Shown here piece by piece: positions 13,511 to 25,976 of a stretch of 64,000 nucleotides of DNA. Both the position numbers and the translations under genes were made by a program. Positions within the stretch are counted from its first letter, which is position 1, and each line of letters opens with the position of its first letter. The DNA comes from Phoronis australis (taxonomy: Eukaryota > Animalia > Phoronida): NCBI GenBank assembly GCA_002633005.1, contig NMRA01000055.1:372001-436000 (forward strand), read 5' to 3'. Below the pieces are notes generated by a model. It was not told the DNA's origin. It did no database searches and saw only the letters and a list, made by a program, of their open reading frames with translations.

Positions 13511-16129
13511 GTCCTTGCCATACGCCGCGACGAAGGAAAATATGGCCGTGTAAAATTTATAAATGTTTTCTAAAAGTTAGATCATATTTTGTCGCATCTC
13601 AGTTGCCGAGCATCATAGCAACAACCGGAGAATCTTCGGCCAGCCATGCTGTGTTCATGACTAGGGGTTGAAACATGATGCATTTTTCTTCCCAAAAAAA
13701 GGACGGCCCTCAATTCCTCGATTTTGGGACCCGATATTGGCCCTATTCCCCTCTCAAAAATATTGAAAAATCCCCCGAAACTCCCTCCACGAGGCCTAAA
13801 AACTCCCCTAGTGATTGAAAACTTCTCTCCGAAGTTCAAATCACCTGTAATCACACAGGTGACAATTTGAAAAAGCACAAAATGTTACTCATTGAGACAG
13901 AGCCTGTGAGACCTTGCAACAGGAAAGGGATGCTGATCGGGAGGTAGATTTTGCCCAACACTCGGCGAAAAAAAAGGCACCTTTCCCCTTGGATGAACGA
14001 GGCCCCTGAAGAAACATGATAACTTTTCTTACAAACTGAAATTGAGCTCTAAAACGAGGTCATGCTTTGTACGAACGAATTAGGTGTTTTGATTTTAAAA
14101 TTCACTGGTCCAGATTGATAGTTGAAACCTAACATATGAAATAGACGTCAGAATTATTAAAACCAGGATAGCATAATTGATGGTCAAATAATTACTTCAG
14201 ACTTGTAAATGTGTGCAATGGAGTGAATGAGAACTTACATATAATGCGAAAGCGATTGCTCGGGCTGTGCTAGTTTTTGATTTTTTTCAATTTAAAAAAT
14301 GGTCAAATCTTTATTTACGAGCCTGTTTTTTTATTTTAATAAAAATATGTTTAATAACATCAGATATTCTTTCAGATGAATGACAAATCAACTGTTAGTC
14401 CTGGTCGTCTCTAACTCACCAAGACCTAGGCTATGCTTGATGTTAATATTCTTGATCAACAAATTAAACCTGATGTGACTAATTGCACATGACAGCAAAA
14501 TGCTATAAGCCACCACTGTCGAATATATCTTCAACTCGTCAACAATATAAGCAGATGACTAGTAGAATTTTATCAACAATTTGCAAGAAGAAATGTAACT
14601 TGCATTCAGCATAATACCTAATCCATAACACTACAATCGCCGTAGTTTGGTCATATCTACTTTTCATTTTTCGAACCTAGTTTTCCAAAAAAACTTATAC
14701 CCTTTTGTCAGACAACTTTTTGATGCATTGACTTGTTCTCTAATGTATTTTTCTGTGTCTCTGAGGTTAATTATCGACACATTTTTAAGATTTAATATCC
14801 AGGTAGGACTCTAAAGACTGGCCATTTAGCTCACGCAATATCAACTTCAGCTTTGTTTATTGCAGTGAGCCTCGCTTTGGATTTTAATGTCCGCCACTTG
14901 AATAAGGTCTATACTTGCAACCAAACATCTTGTTCCAGTTGATCCCTGTCAACTTTTGCAGTCTAAATGGAGACTATAAAGCCGTGTCTGATTATCATTC
15001 ATAGGCAAGCACCGAGTTAATCCAGCATTACAATCTCATTGTAATACAATGGTTTTCACCGCTCAAACTACTCTTGCATAATACGCATGCAATTATTTCC
15101 CATTTATCAATAAACATTTGGGAACAAGAAAATACAGTAAGGGGCCACAAGACACCAGGAAACCTGCTGTGTATAACAAATAAGTTATAAAAAAGACCTT
15201 GGGAACAAATTGGGCATGGCAACTTACAAACAGCAACTAAAAAGAATTACAATATTACTCACCCAGCACAAAAGATACTTTGGCCACAAGGCTTAAGAAT
15301 TAACACGTTCTTTCTCCAAGAGATTACATGGCAATGCCCACAACAATGAAATAGGTATACAAACCAAGCAGGCTTGGGCTAGTTGATATCAGTCAACAAG
15401 ATAGGAGCTGGAGTTTCCCTGACTCTCAGGATAATTTCAGCAATGACTAATCCCCATGACATCACATCCCAGCGCTGCAATACCAACAAGAGACATTGAT
15501 ATAGTCAGTGAATCATAAAATAGACATGTGCTATTTGCAAGGAATTTTTTGTTGCTCTTTTCTTGACAAAGTACTGTGCTTTCACAGATTGATAATTTCA
15601 GCTGTTTCTTTTCGGTCTAATAAAATTTATTTATATTATGCGTACTGTCCCATGCTATCAAACTACTATAACACAAATGTCTATATACACAACTAATCTA
15701 GTCCCGGAAAGTAGTGTAATCACGGCAGAACAAAGCAAGACCAAAAGCTAAGCCTAATACAGGGAAGGCTTAAAATCGGACTTTTGATTTATACGACCAA
15801 AATATATTACTACCATCATTGTAAACTGTTGAGGAACAAATTTCATTGATATTTTTCTATAAATGTTGTACAAACTAATGTCAAATTCTTTCGATTCCAG
15901 AACCGGCAAAGCTCCGTAGAGACAAAATTGCAGTGGGACTTACCTGCACATTTGAAGTGATTTTTCAGACATACTTGGGTCTTCTCAAGAGTTCAACAGT
16001 ACTAATTCTAAAAATACTGTAAATAAATCCCCATTAAAGTTTTAAGACCACGATTATACTTTAAACTGGATTCTCCCACATCAACTCGCTTAGCTTTTTG
16101 AATTCACAATGGGTGGCGAAAGCGTAGTT

Positions 16130-16310
16130 AGTAGCTTTTCTATGGCAAAAAACTGACTTGACTTCAGTCTAAGATAAGACAGAAAACTGACTTTATGTTC
16201 ATGAGTCTTTTCCACATTTCCGTCTTTGGTCTTAAGTAGCCCAAATTTCAGTGGACAATTTTTTGGTTTTAAGCCTTAAATCTTAACTCATTTGTCGTGA
16301 AACTGGATAC
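16130..16310 (-). mobile_element. Diverged MITE fragment, same family as 55712-56235
   Basis: Reverse complement shares CATGAACA(T/C)AAAGTCA(G/A)TTTT and AAGTC(A/G)GTTTT..CATAG blocks with 55790-55860. Confidence 0.5.
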
Positions 16311-16336
16311 AAGAATCTCTTTTAATCGCTGAGTAA

Positions 16337-16491
16337 GAAATGCCTGACAGAATGAAACAGGACATGAGAAATGTCTGACAGAATGAAACAGGACATGAGA
16401 AATGTCTGACAGAATGAAACAGGACATGAGAAATGTCTGACAGAATGAAACAGGACATGAGAAATGTCTGACAGAATGAAACAGGACATGA
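16337..16491. repeat. 31-bp minisatellite, 5 copies
   Basis: GAAATGTCTGACAGAATGAAACAGGACATGA, near-identical units. Confidence 0.97.
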
Positions 16492-16626
16492 GAAAGAACA
16501 AAACAGTATTATTACACCACTTAAATGCCGTCCACTTGTGACAACATTTTAGTGATAAAAGTAAGTCCCGTACACACACAGCCTACCTTATGCAAATATG
16601 GTGCGTAAATGAAGACAATTCTCTAT

Positions 16627-17385
16627 GTAACCACAGCAGATAATTACTTCCGCATTGCCCCAGGTTTGTGGCCACACAGCGATTAGATGCGGTGCAAGTT
16701 ACCCTACAATCCCATCCATACACAGATGTACCCTAGAACAAGTTACTCCTGGAACAAGTTGTCACTAGGTTTGGGAGCTGTCTGGATGCTATTTAAACTC
16801 ATGAGACAACTCCTATGCTACATCATTTGGGTTTTGTTACCCCAATGCCGAAGCCTGACTGTGACTAAACCGTCCCAATTGATTCACAAATTGATGCTCG
16901 TGGCTTAACCGCGATGCTGAAGAAAACCTATTCGCAATTTCTCTTATAATGCATAGATTTTAAAAATTCAAAGACGACTACTATTTACTTTTCAATTTCA
17001 GAAACAGTCATGTTGGTCGTTTGCCTATTGTTCATTTTTTGACTTAAACTCCTCCGATGCTGAACAGGTATGTTGGTTTATGACCTCATTTATCTCATTC
17101 AGCACATTGAGCCATGTCCATGGCTAGCGACTAGTTCACTTCAATCTGTGATGTCGCCATTAAGCTTTTGATGTGACAAGGACTTCGCTGGATACTCTGG
17201 AGGTAAACAGTGCACTTTCCCGCCCACTTGCTTGCAAATCCTGCCTTGAGTGCAACTTGCCCCATTTGTGGCAACATACTCCATCTTAACAAGGTAGGAT
17301 AACTTGTTCTAGAGTAACTTGCACCACTTCTAATCCCTGTGTGGTCACAAATCTAGTGCATGGCAAAAGTGATTACCAGCTGCGC
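16627..17385. mobile_element. Old MITE with long imperfect inverted arms
   Basis: TTTGTGGCCACACAGCGATTAGATGCGGTGCAAGTTAC..CTAGAACAAGTTA mirrored by TAACTTGTTCTAGAGTAACTTGCACCACTTCTAATCCCTGTGTGGTCACAAA; boundaries approximate. Confidence 0.65.
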
Positions 17386-17543
17386 ACTTCACATGTACAG
17401 TTCATACATAGGGTCTTCTTTTTCGGGCCGTATTCACATCAGCAGTTCATTGTCAAGCGTAGAATGACACTTTGCGCTCTGCACTAAGTCATACATGTGT
17501 GTGGACGGTCCACTTAAGGTGAGGCAAGCTGCATTTGTGCAAG

Positions 17544-17692
17544 TTGTTCTATGGTAAGTCTGGGTGTGGGTGGGAGTTTAGAGTCACCTCTGTTCGATGG
17601 TAAGTCCGTGTGCGGATGAGAGTTTAGATTCACTTCTGTTGTATGGTAAGTCTGAGTGTGGAGTGGATGGGAGTTAAGAGCCACCTCTGTTC
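17544..17692. repeat. Three degenerate units of about 46-50 bp
   Basis: ATGGTAAGTC..GTGTG..GGGAGTTTAGAGTCACCTCTGTT recurs 3 times. Confidence 0.8.
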
Positions 17693-20338
17693 CCCAATGC
17701 CTAAACAAAAGAAGTGGTCATTCGAGTAAACACGTCAGTAGGTCTGTCTAATTGTTCAAATCCCAACAGGTGGAAATGTAACACCTAATGTTGAGAGAAG
17801 CTAAGTGTTAATAAATGAAAAACACAAAATTCTACATTCAAACCTTGCTTGCCCGATATGTAGACTAATACACATGGAAGGAGAGAATGCACAATCTGGA
17901 GGTCTGGCACACTTTTACTGACAGGGATAATCCCAAAGTTGATATTGGCCATGACTAATCTTTGGGAAATCAGAGGATTAACTTTTTAATTAAAACACGC
18001 AAGCAATATCAACACCCATGTCTGTCTGGCAAGCTTTAATGACAGTAGTCATTTGCTTTAGTTGAATGATAGCCGGGCAAACTAACTGCAGATGTTCACT
18101 GAAAACAATTCACATTTACAATAATTAACCCACTTCTAATTATAACATCCGCTGTTGCTGTATAGCCATTATATATTGATAAGTCATTGGTTAACACTAT
18201 AGGCGACATCTTCGCCACATTGACTTTAAATATCATTTCTTGTCTCCCTCCCAGCACATCAAGCATTCTGGTTTGCAAATAGCCTTGTGAGTACTAAAAC
18301 AAATATTTGCGTTTCTAGTGATTGGATACGATAAAAGGATTAACAGCAACGAAATCTTTATAATATGGTAAAAACCGAAAAACAAGAGATCTTAATGGTA
18401 TTTCTATAATCAAAACTAATGTTATTTTCATTTTCTAAATAACGTGAAAGTCAAGTGTTGACTTGGATAACAGGCTGCTCTCTCAGCTGTTTCATTTTTT
18501 CCTTTCCATGAGAGGGTGTGTTTAAAAAAGAATAGATAGGGAATTATTACCCTGGGGGCACTATCCCCCATGAACAAGTTTCAAAGACAATAAATCAATA
18601 ACTGCTGGCTTCTCCAGGTAGTTCTCCTACACAAAGGCTACGTTAGAAGCACTATTTTACATAACACCAGTCAAGTCTTTTGCATGTTATAGGGCTGTCA
18701 ACACCTACATTGCATAATTAGTTAAAATGTAGAGGACATGCATAGCTCAAGAATGGCTAATAAGCAATCTGTGACATCCTTCAATCATGTTGTAATCACA
18801 CAATTCACTTAAGCAAAATACATTATTTGAAAGTTAAGGGCCAACCATGCCATTACATGTACCTTATTATCCATGGTACATTACACACTCAGCATCAGAA
18901 AGCCAGGGACTATTGTTAAGCTGTGCTGGCTTATCTGTACAGGGTAATTGGTTTCCTTTGAGGTGAATATATTAAAGGCACTAAGCTGTATCTTTTCTAT
19001 TCCTAGGCGATCACCCTGAAAATGTCCAAAATCAAAAACTTCACAAGTGTAAGGTATGGTTTGCAGGATTTGTTCCATGAATTAAAAGAAAAATGTTGAA
19101 TATGACTCCCAATTTCAGAGTAAAAACTTATGTGTGGCTATTATAACAGCTAGGTTATATGATTACTGGTCATTCTGCAGAATACACAAACTCAATTACC
19201 CAAGCAGACACAATGGCATTATGCACACACTTGCATACTAAAATGGATGTGTTTGATGTCTTGAGGAGCTGCAGTCTGTATGGACATTAACTTCAGTCCT
19301 GGATTGAAGTTAACAGTGCCAGTTAACTTGACAGTAAACAGGTGGATTTAACAGCGGAGCATAGACGCTACAGAGTGGTATGGAACGGTCAACTCCGGTC
19401 TCATCGAAGCTATTGCCAGGGGCCACTGCATTCGTCAACAATTAAAGGGCAGTGTCGTAGCTAATAGTTGCTTATATTTTGCTCGAATAACCACCACTCG
19501 AATTAGAATTACGTTTTACGTCAATTAGCACAGTCACGTAAATGTTCTCAAATTGTTAAATTATCAAAACAATGTTAGCATGCACGGGATGCATCAGCAC
19601 GGTGGCACCACCTAGTGTTTACTTCGATGCCCTTAACTACCGACTTAGCGGTTTATATGGACGCTACACTAATACTGGAGTTGAGTTAGTAGGAAAGGCC
19701 CTTAAAAGCATGAATGTTCGCTTGTTCTCTTTGTAAAGTGGGGGGCTTTGAGTTTTACATCCACACCCTTGGTAGCAGTGAGACTACACAAACATTCCTG
19801 AGCTATCTTTTTCTAAAGATTTCTTGTTATCTTTGTGTTACCTCGATTCTACTCTGGAAGTAGCAAGTGTGAAAAACGTGCAACAATGCTAACCATAAAG
19901 CAGACGTCAATGAGTTTGCAAAACACCACTCCATATGCACATAATCGTTAGAATCACCACCCAATGTTTACTGGTCACACCAATAGAACAATTAATATAT
20001 ACAGTGTAAATTTATACTTGTTAATAAAACATCAGTGGCAGCTAACCTATTTACTTTCAAGGGCTGAGCCTGCTCTGGGTACATTACATCACACTAGTGT
20101 AATTTTTCAATTACAAGCTTGTGATAATATCAGCTTAATCAAACAGCAGACAGACTGAGAAAAAATAATTATCTACACATGTAACTGCATAGTTGAGGAA
20201 ACACTAGTGCGATCATTAAACTATTAAATTTCCATTAAACTTTCGAGAATACATTACTAACACCTATTGGGCTAAAATTTAGACAGGAGACAGTTGTCAC
20301 GAGCAACTAAAATGGAACAGCTGATATGGCGCAAGTGG

Positions 20339-20341
20339 GTG

Positions 20342-20377
<36 letters not shown>
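20339..20377. repeat. (GT)n microsatellite
   Basis: Directly visible. Confidence 0.98.
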
Positions 20378-22097
20378 ACACTGAACTGATTTTTGATAGT
20401 GGTTTGAGAGGCAGAGCAAGTTGCGCTCAATCAGCTGCTCCAGTGTCAATGTCCAGTGTCTAAATGCAAACTGGGGCAAGGCGGAAGGGATCATCTCTAT
20501 TACGTTTGTGTACTAGCGTAGATACGAGTGTTTCGCTAGCGTTTGTACATTTGCTATTGTTTATGCAAGCATGCTCAGACAGTGTTCATGTAAATGAATC
20601 ATGCTGATCCATGCAGTTTGTGATCTAATGTCGTGTAAATGCATTTAAAATGGAGCAAGTCACACCGTGACAACTCTTGCACCATCACAACTGTTCCCAT
20701 GTAAAACAGCTTTTATATTCTGTAGTGATTCAGAAATGCGTCATCGAACTTTTTCGCAAAGTTTAGGAGTTAGTGAATGAAAATTCGGAGACCATATTAA
20801 CATCCATCATGTAACCCATATGTTCAAAATAAGTGCTAGTAATCAGACTTCTGTGCAATATTTTGGTGCACATAATACATTTCTTAGTGCGATCATGAAA
20901 AATTTACAAAATATTCAAATTCGTGCGTCATTAATCAAATGGATTATTTAAAAAGTTATTTAAAGAAGGTGATCCTCCAGAAGTAAGGCAGTTATACTCA
21001 AGTGTCTTATGTTATAATCTACATGACAGCATATTCCACCATGAAACAAACGATCAAGCATAAAACAGTGACAGGGCCTTATCCAGTAAAGAGGCAATAC
21101 AATTCGTAAAGAATGCAAAAATCATTAACTTTGAACTGGTATAAATAAGCTTATGAAAGAGTGTCTAATCACAGCTAGCAGTCAACTCCACTCAGTGTCC
21201 CTAATATTGTCAACTAAAACTCAGATCCACAACAATTCCCCTTATTAAAAACCATTAGTCAAACCTTAGGTTAACAGGGTTTGCACACAAGTGGACAAGA
21301 AACTGCACTGTTTACCCCATAGTACCCAGTGAATTTCTCCGCACATCAAGGGCTTGATGACACCATCACGGATTGAAGTGAGCCAGCTGCTATTCATGGG
21401 GTTGACTGAATGTGCTGGATGAGATAATTGCAGTTGTAAACCAACATGCCTGTTTAGCGCACTACAAGTTTCAAAGTCAAAAAATGAACAATAAGTAAAG
21501 CAAACGACTAAGATTTCTTCCTCGCAACCATGACATAATCCTATACAGATCAAGATGAGGACTATTCCTAAATAACAGCAAATCTAGACATTTCACCTGT
21601 GTTCCTGTGGAGACACTCATACAAATGTTCATGCTTTCTTTGCTTGTTCGGTATGTGGGGAGAAGAGATACAGCATTTCCAGACACTCGAACAATACCAC
21701 AATGTTTACAAAAAATATTCAGATATTCCTCAAATGTATAACACAATTAATTTTTTTCTAAATGGATGTAATGAACTCGACCCAAATGAAAATAAGGTTT
21801 TATTTGAAATGGTATCAAAACTTCTTTTTAATATTAAATCTCTTTGCGTGAGTCAATGAAATTGTATACATGTAAAATAACTTGTGTATGAAAATGATTT
21901 ATTTACATTCGTAATCATATTTCATTGTAATCTTAACATCAGTTTTAATATATGTATTACGGTAGTGTACAATAATTGTATACAGATTTCTTTGTATTTA
22001 TTTAACCCAGATACAATGTCTCTTGGGGCTTCTGGGTATGTATATTTATTGCACTAAATATTTCATAACAAATTTTTTTAAAAAATTCTGTTTTTTA

Positions 22098-22305
22098 CAT
22101 TGAAAAATAAATAGTAGCTGACTTTGAATTTTTAAAATTGATGCACTATAAGAGAAATTAGCAAATAGTTTTTCTTTAGCATCGCGGCTAAGCCACGAGC
22201 ATTAATTTGTGAATTGATCAGGACGGGTTAGTCACAATCTGGCTTAGGCTTGCTTAGGCGTTGGTGAAACAAAACCCCAAAGATTAGTGTAGGAGCTGTC
22301 TCATG
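22098..22305 (-). repeat. Dispersed repeat, inverted copy of 16799-16996
   Basis: GCATCGCGGCTAAGCCACGAGCATTAATTTGTGAAT here vs ATTCACAAATTGATGCTCGTGGCTTAACCGCGATGC near 16882; similarity over about 200 bp. Confidence 0.85.
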
Positions 22306-22506
22306 CCCAAAAAATATTTGATTACATACAAGAAAATGTCAGGCAGGTGATATGGTCGTATTTTTCATTAGTTCAATTGTTTAGCATAACAGGCGATAAT
22401 TTGTTCAGGGTGTAACAATTTCAGTAGATTTTTATTAAATTTAGATCAATAATTGGAGACACCGGTTAGATGTTAAAATCATGTTTTTTTAAGTAGTACT
22501 GATTTA

Positions 22507-22822
22507 TTCTAATGTGTAGTGCCGCACACAGATAACATCCAATGTGTACTTCCACTCGCAGATAACATCTAATGTGTATTGCCCCATGCAGATGACATCT
22601 AATGTGTATTGCCCCATGCAGATGACATCTAATGTGTACTGCTGCACTCAGATAACATCTAATGTGTACTTCCCAAGGCAGATAACATCTAATGTGTACT
22701 TCCCAAGGCAGATGACATCTAATGTGTATTGCCCCAGCAGATGACATCTAGTGTGTACTGCTGCATGCAGACAACATCTAATGTGTACTGCTGCATGTAG
22801 ATGACATCTAATGTGTACTGCC
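22507..22822. repeat. 30-bp minisatellite, about 10.5 copies
   Basis: CAGAT(A/G)ACATCTAATGTGTA(C/T)T plus variable 8-9 nt; source of the HIRC-repeat ORFs. Confidence 0.97.
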
Positions 22823-25664
22823 ACACCCACATAGATAATATCAAGTACCATAGCTGTGCAAGCATGATAATCAACATGTCATAAGCCACTTTAAATCACT
22901 TTAATAAATAGTGTCTACTACCTGATCTCAGAGTCTGACTAATTAATAAACATATTTACCCCACTAATTGGCTTTCAAGTGACACTGCAAATATGTGCAC
23001 GGGTATCGAAAGTCATCAGGTATTTTTTCAATTATGTTTACTATATCAATAATGGTATGTCATCGTTCACCTCCTGTCCAGGGCAGACAGCAGGTTCCCA
23101 CACAAGAAAACAAACCAAATAAATAAGTCGTTACCTGTGACAGTCAAAGTACTCCAGGGTGTCAAGCCAGCCCCTTGGTCTCTCCCACAAGAGAGGTTGG
23201 TGGGACATGTCAACAACTCTGGGGGTTACTTTGTCCTTGTCAAAATAGGCTTTTTGCCTTTGCGATACGATTGTAGTACTGTCTCACCTGAGTACGAAAA
23301 AATTGAATGAGTGGCGGCACCTCCTGTACAATTTGTAAAAGAAAGCACATAGCCCCCCTGGTGTTCAGATGCCATTAGTGCATCTCACTTTGACCACAGA
23401 AACAGGTAAATCATGCATGTATGCACTGGCAATAAATCCAGTGTAAAAATCATCCTGGATTGACTAACCAATACTGGTTTGTCCATGTCTCGTTCTTCTG
23501 ATACCCAGGGTGCATATTCATGATGCCATGTTTTGGGACCCAAATATCTTCCAAATTACAAGCCATACATGAAGTACTTCAGTGTCAAACATTGCCAGAA
23601 ATCACCATTAGAGACTTTTACAATTTCGGGTTTTCTTTCTGCATTACCATAAATTAGCAACTGCTGATTTTCATGTTGGCCTCTCAAAAGGTTACCTGGC
23701 TATGTATACAATTGTAGGATTTGCTCAAGGCAGTGCTTATGCATCACTTGACGTAATTAAGCAAAAGATGGGCAAATTGAGTTTCTGGGTGCATCACCTT
23801 TAGTGCAAGTTTGATGAGATGAAAGCCAAAACTAAAGAAACAAAAGCTGTCATTCCATTTCTTGATTATCCTCCTGCATTTTACATCCAAGGAAGTAAAT
23901 GATTTTTCTCATTTCGCAAATTTACAATTGGTGCATAGTTCTCTGCTAGTGCAATGACTTTTTAATTATTTTCATAGACCCCAAAGAAAATGAAATGGAT
24001 GCCAAAACATTTTGGTTGCTATAGTAGCTAATACTTAAATGAGAATTTCTGGAGCAGAGGTCCCTCCCCTCAGCAACAATATGCAAATGTGCCCTTAGTC
24101 ATGTCTATACGCCAACACTTTGAATGCTCAATTACTGGAGACAAGACTTCAGTTCTGAGTAACTGCTTTAATGCTGTTTTTCAAAATATTTATTGCTGCT
24201 ACATATTCACTTGGGTCTGCACCCTCCTTCAGGTATAAGTCCATTTTGGCCCTTCTATTGTAAAAGCAAACATGCTGAGGTATGCACTCACCTTTTGTTA
24301 CTTCTCAGTCTACATGTACAACTTCTGTGCTCACTCGACATCTCCTTTCTAGTGCGCCACTTTCTCTCAGTGAATTCATCAATGATGTCATTAAACGATC
24401 CTTTTTTTAAACCGACAACATGGTCTACTTGAGAAACAATGCAATAATGGGCAATTTAAGGATTGTGGACGGTTTATAGTATTTTGAAATTTTGGTTTTG
24501 CAGGCATTCTTCAGAAAAGATGTAAAAATGTCCAATATGTTTAAATATGAAAACTTCCAAAAAAGTGTGAGTGGCCTTATCTTTTCATTAAAATGACATA
24601 ACACAAAACTATATTTTGACAACTTTGTTCAACAGATAACCAGTGCCAACAGTACCGTTATGTGCACTAACGCTAAGCCTACCGATACATGCTCTATGCC
24701 TAAGCCTACATTGGTGACACGTTGCCTAAACTAAAGAAGCGGGACAGTGGTGCACGAGAAAATGTATGGTTGCACGCCGGAGGAGCGCAACATAATCGAG
24801 TTTGAGTGGACTGAAAAAGCGATGTTCATGACGGCGACATCCCGTTGCTCCCAACTTGTTCTATTATATAGCCCAACAAAAAATTGGGAAGTACCCCCAT
24901 AGCCAATATCTTACACGACTGATTAACTCCATTCTGGCATTTGTGGTTGGAGGGCCTGCACTCTTTTGTTCGATAATTGCTCTACTCTAATCTACGAACA
25001 GATCGTACTGGGCAGTTAACAAAAGAGCCACATGTTATCGCACGTTCAGCACCCCTCACGCCTGGAAAAGTTACTGAACGACAGAACGCTGTAATGTACT
25101 TAAATAGACACGACGTTATATAATTTCATTTTGGAGCTAGTCTGTCCACATAGGCTACAGCAAGCTGGATTGCTAGTTGCAGCAGACAGGTATCTATCGT
25201 TGTAGTCCGAGTTGTGCGAGCGTCTGTGTTCGTGTCCGCTTCCGCTCAGGTAACATGTGCCGGTCTCAGTTTAGCAACGTTCAATGCCCCTGTGTTCAGT
25301 ATTATCTGGTTGCTGAGTCCATTAATGCACTTCTTTTTGAGAACTGAAGGTGTGTCTTTGAAATCATATTGCAACTTTGTCAACAATAGTCAATATCATA
25401 GGTCTATAGACGAAGTACCAAACTTTAGTAGATTGCCCGTCTGCTACGTAAGACTTCCGGTAACAAATGCAATTCGACTACCGTGTGGGCTTGCAGTATT
25501 TTTCTGTAGAGAAGACATTTTCTTAGATAAAAAATGTTCGCTGTTCTTTTAAAAACATGTTGACACAGGATTAATTACGAGATGCTCTTTTAGGGATGGA
25601 AGCGATGCATCTGCTCATAGTCAACGTAGAGCAGACGGCAAATCTTGCGGTGAGGTAGGACTAC

Positions 25665-25741
25665 GTCAAGCCAAGGAGTGTACTACTACTACACTCCTTG
25701 GTCAAACCATAGACTATAGATACTAATATCTATGGTCAAAC
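25665..25741. mobile_element. Two tandem miniature CA..TG elements (P-like footprints) separated by 7-bp target copies
   Basis: GTCAAGC-[CAAGGAGTGTA CTACTAC TACACTCCTTG]-GTCAAAC-[CATAGA CTATAGATACTAATA TCTATG]-GTCAAAC. Confidence 0.7.
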
Positions 25742-25976
25742 ACTGCCGGGCAGGATAGGCCCATTGCATTCTTGCTAACATGGGTGGCGGCATATTACTA
25801 ATGAATTTTGGATATTTGACTATTTTGATTTTTTTTTTGCATCGAGTTAGTCTTTAGTTCTTCGTTGATAGTTTTGCTAAAAATGAAAGTTTCGAAGTAG
25901 GCCTTATGTCCTTTTTATCCCATCTCGGAAAGTCTGTCTGCCATTTTGGCTACCCGGCCACTACCCTATAGCTTAA

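Noticed and set aside
22507-22822. Constant block plus short variable segment, superficially CRISPR-like
   Set aside because: Variable parts are only 8-9 nt and related to each other; eukaryotic context and no cas genes; ordinary minisatellite. The same applies to the other tandem arrays
24292-24424. Peptide SFNDIIDEFTERKWR on - resembling a hAT transposase C-terminus
   Set aside because: Too short, and no adjacent transposase sequence was recognised
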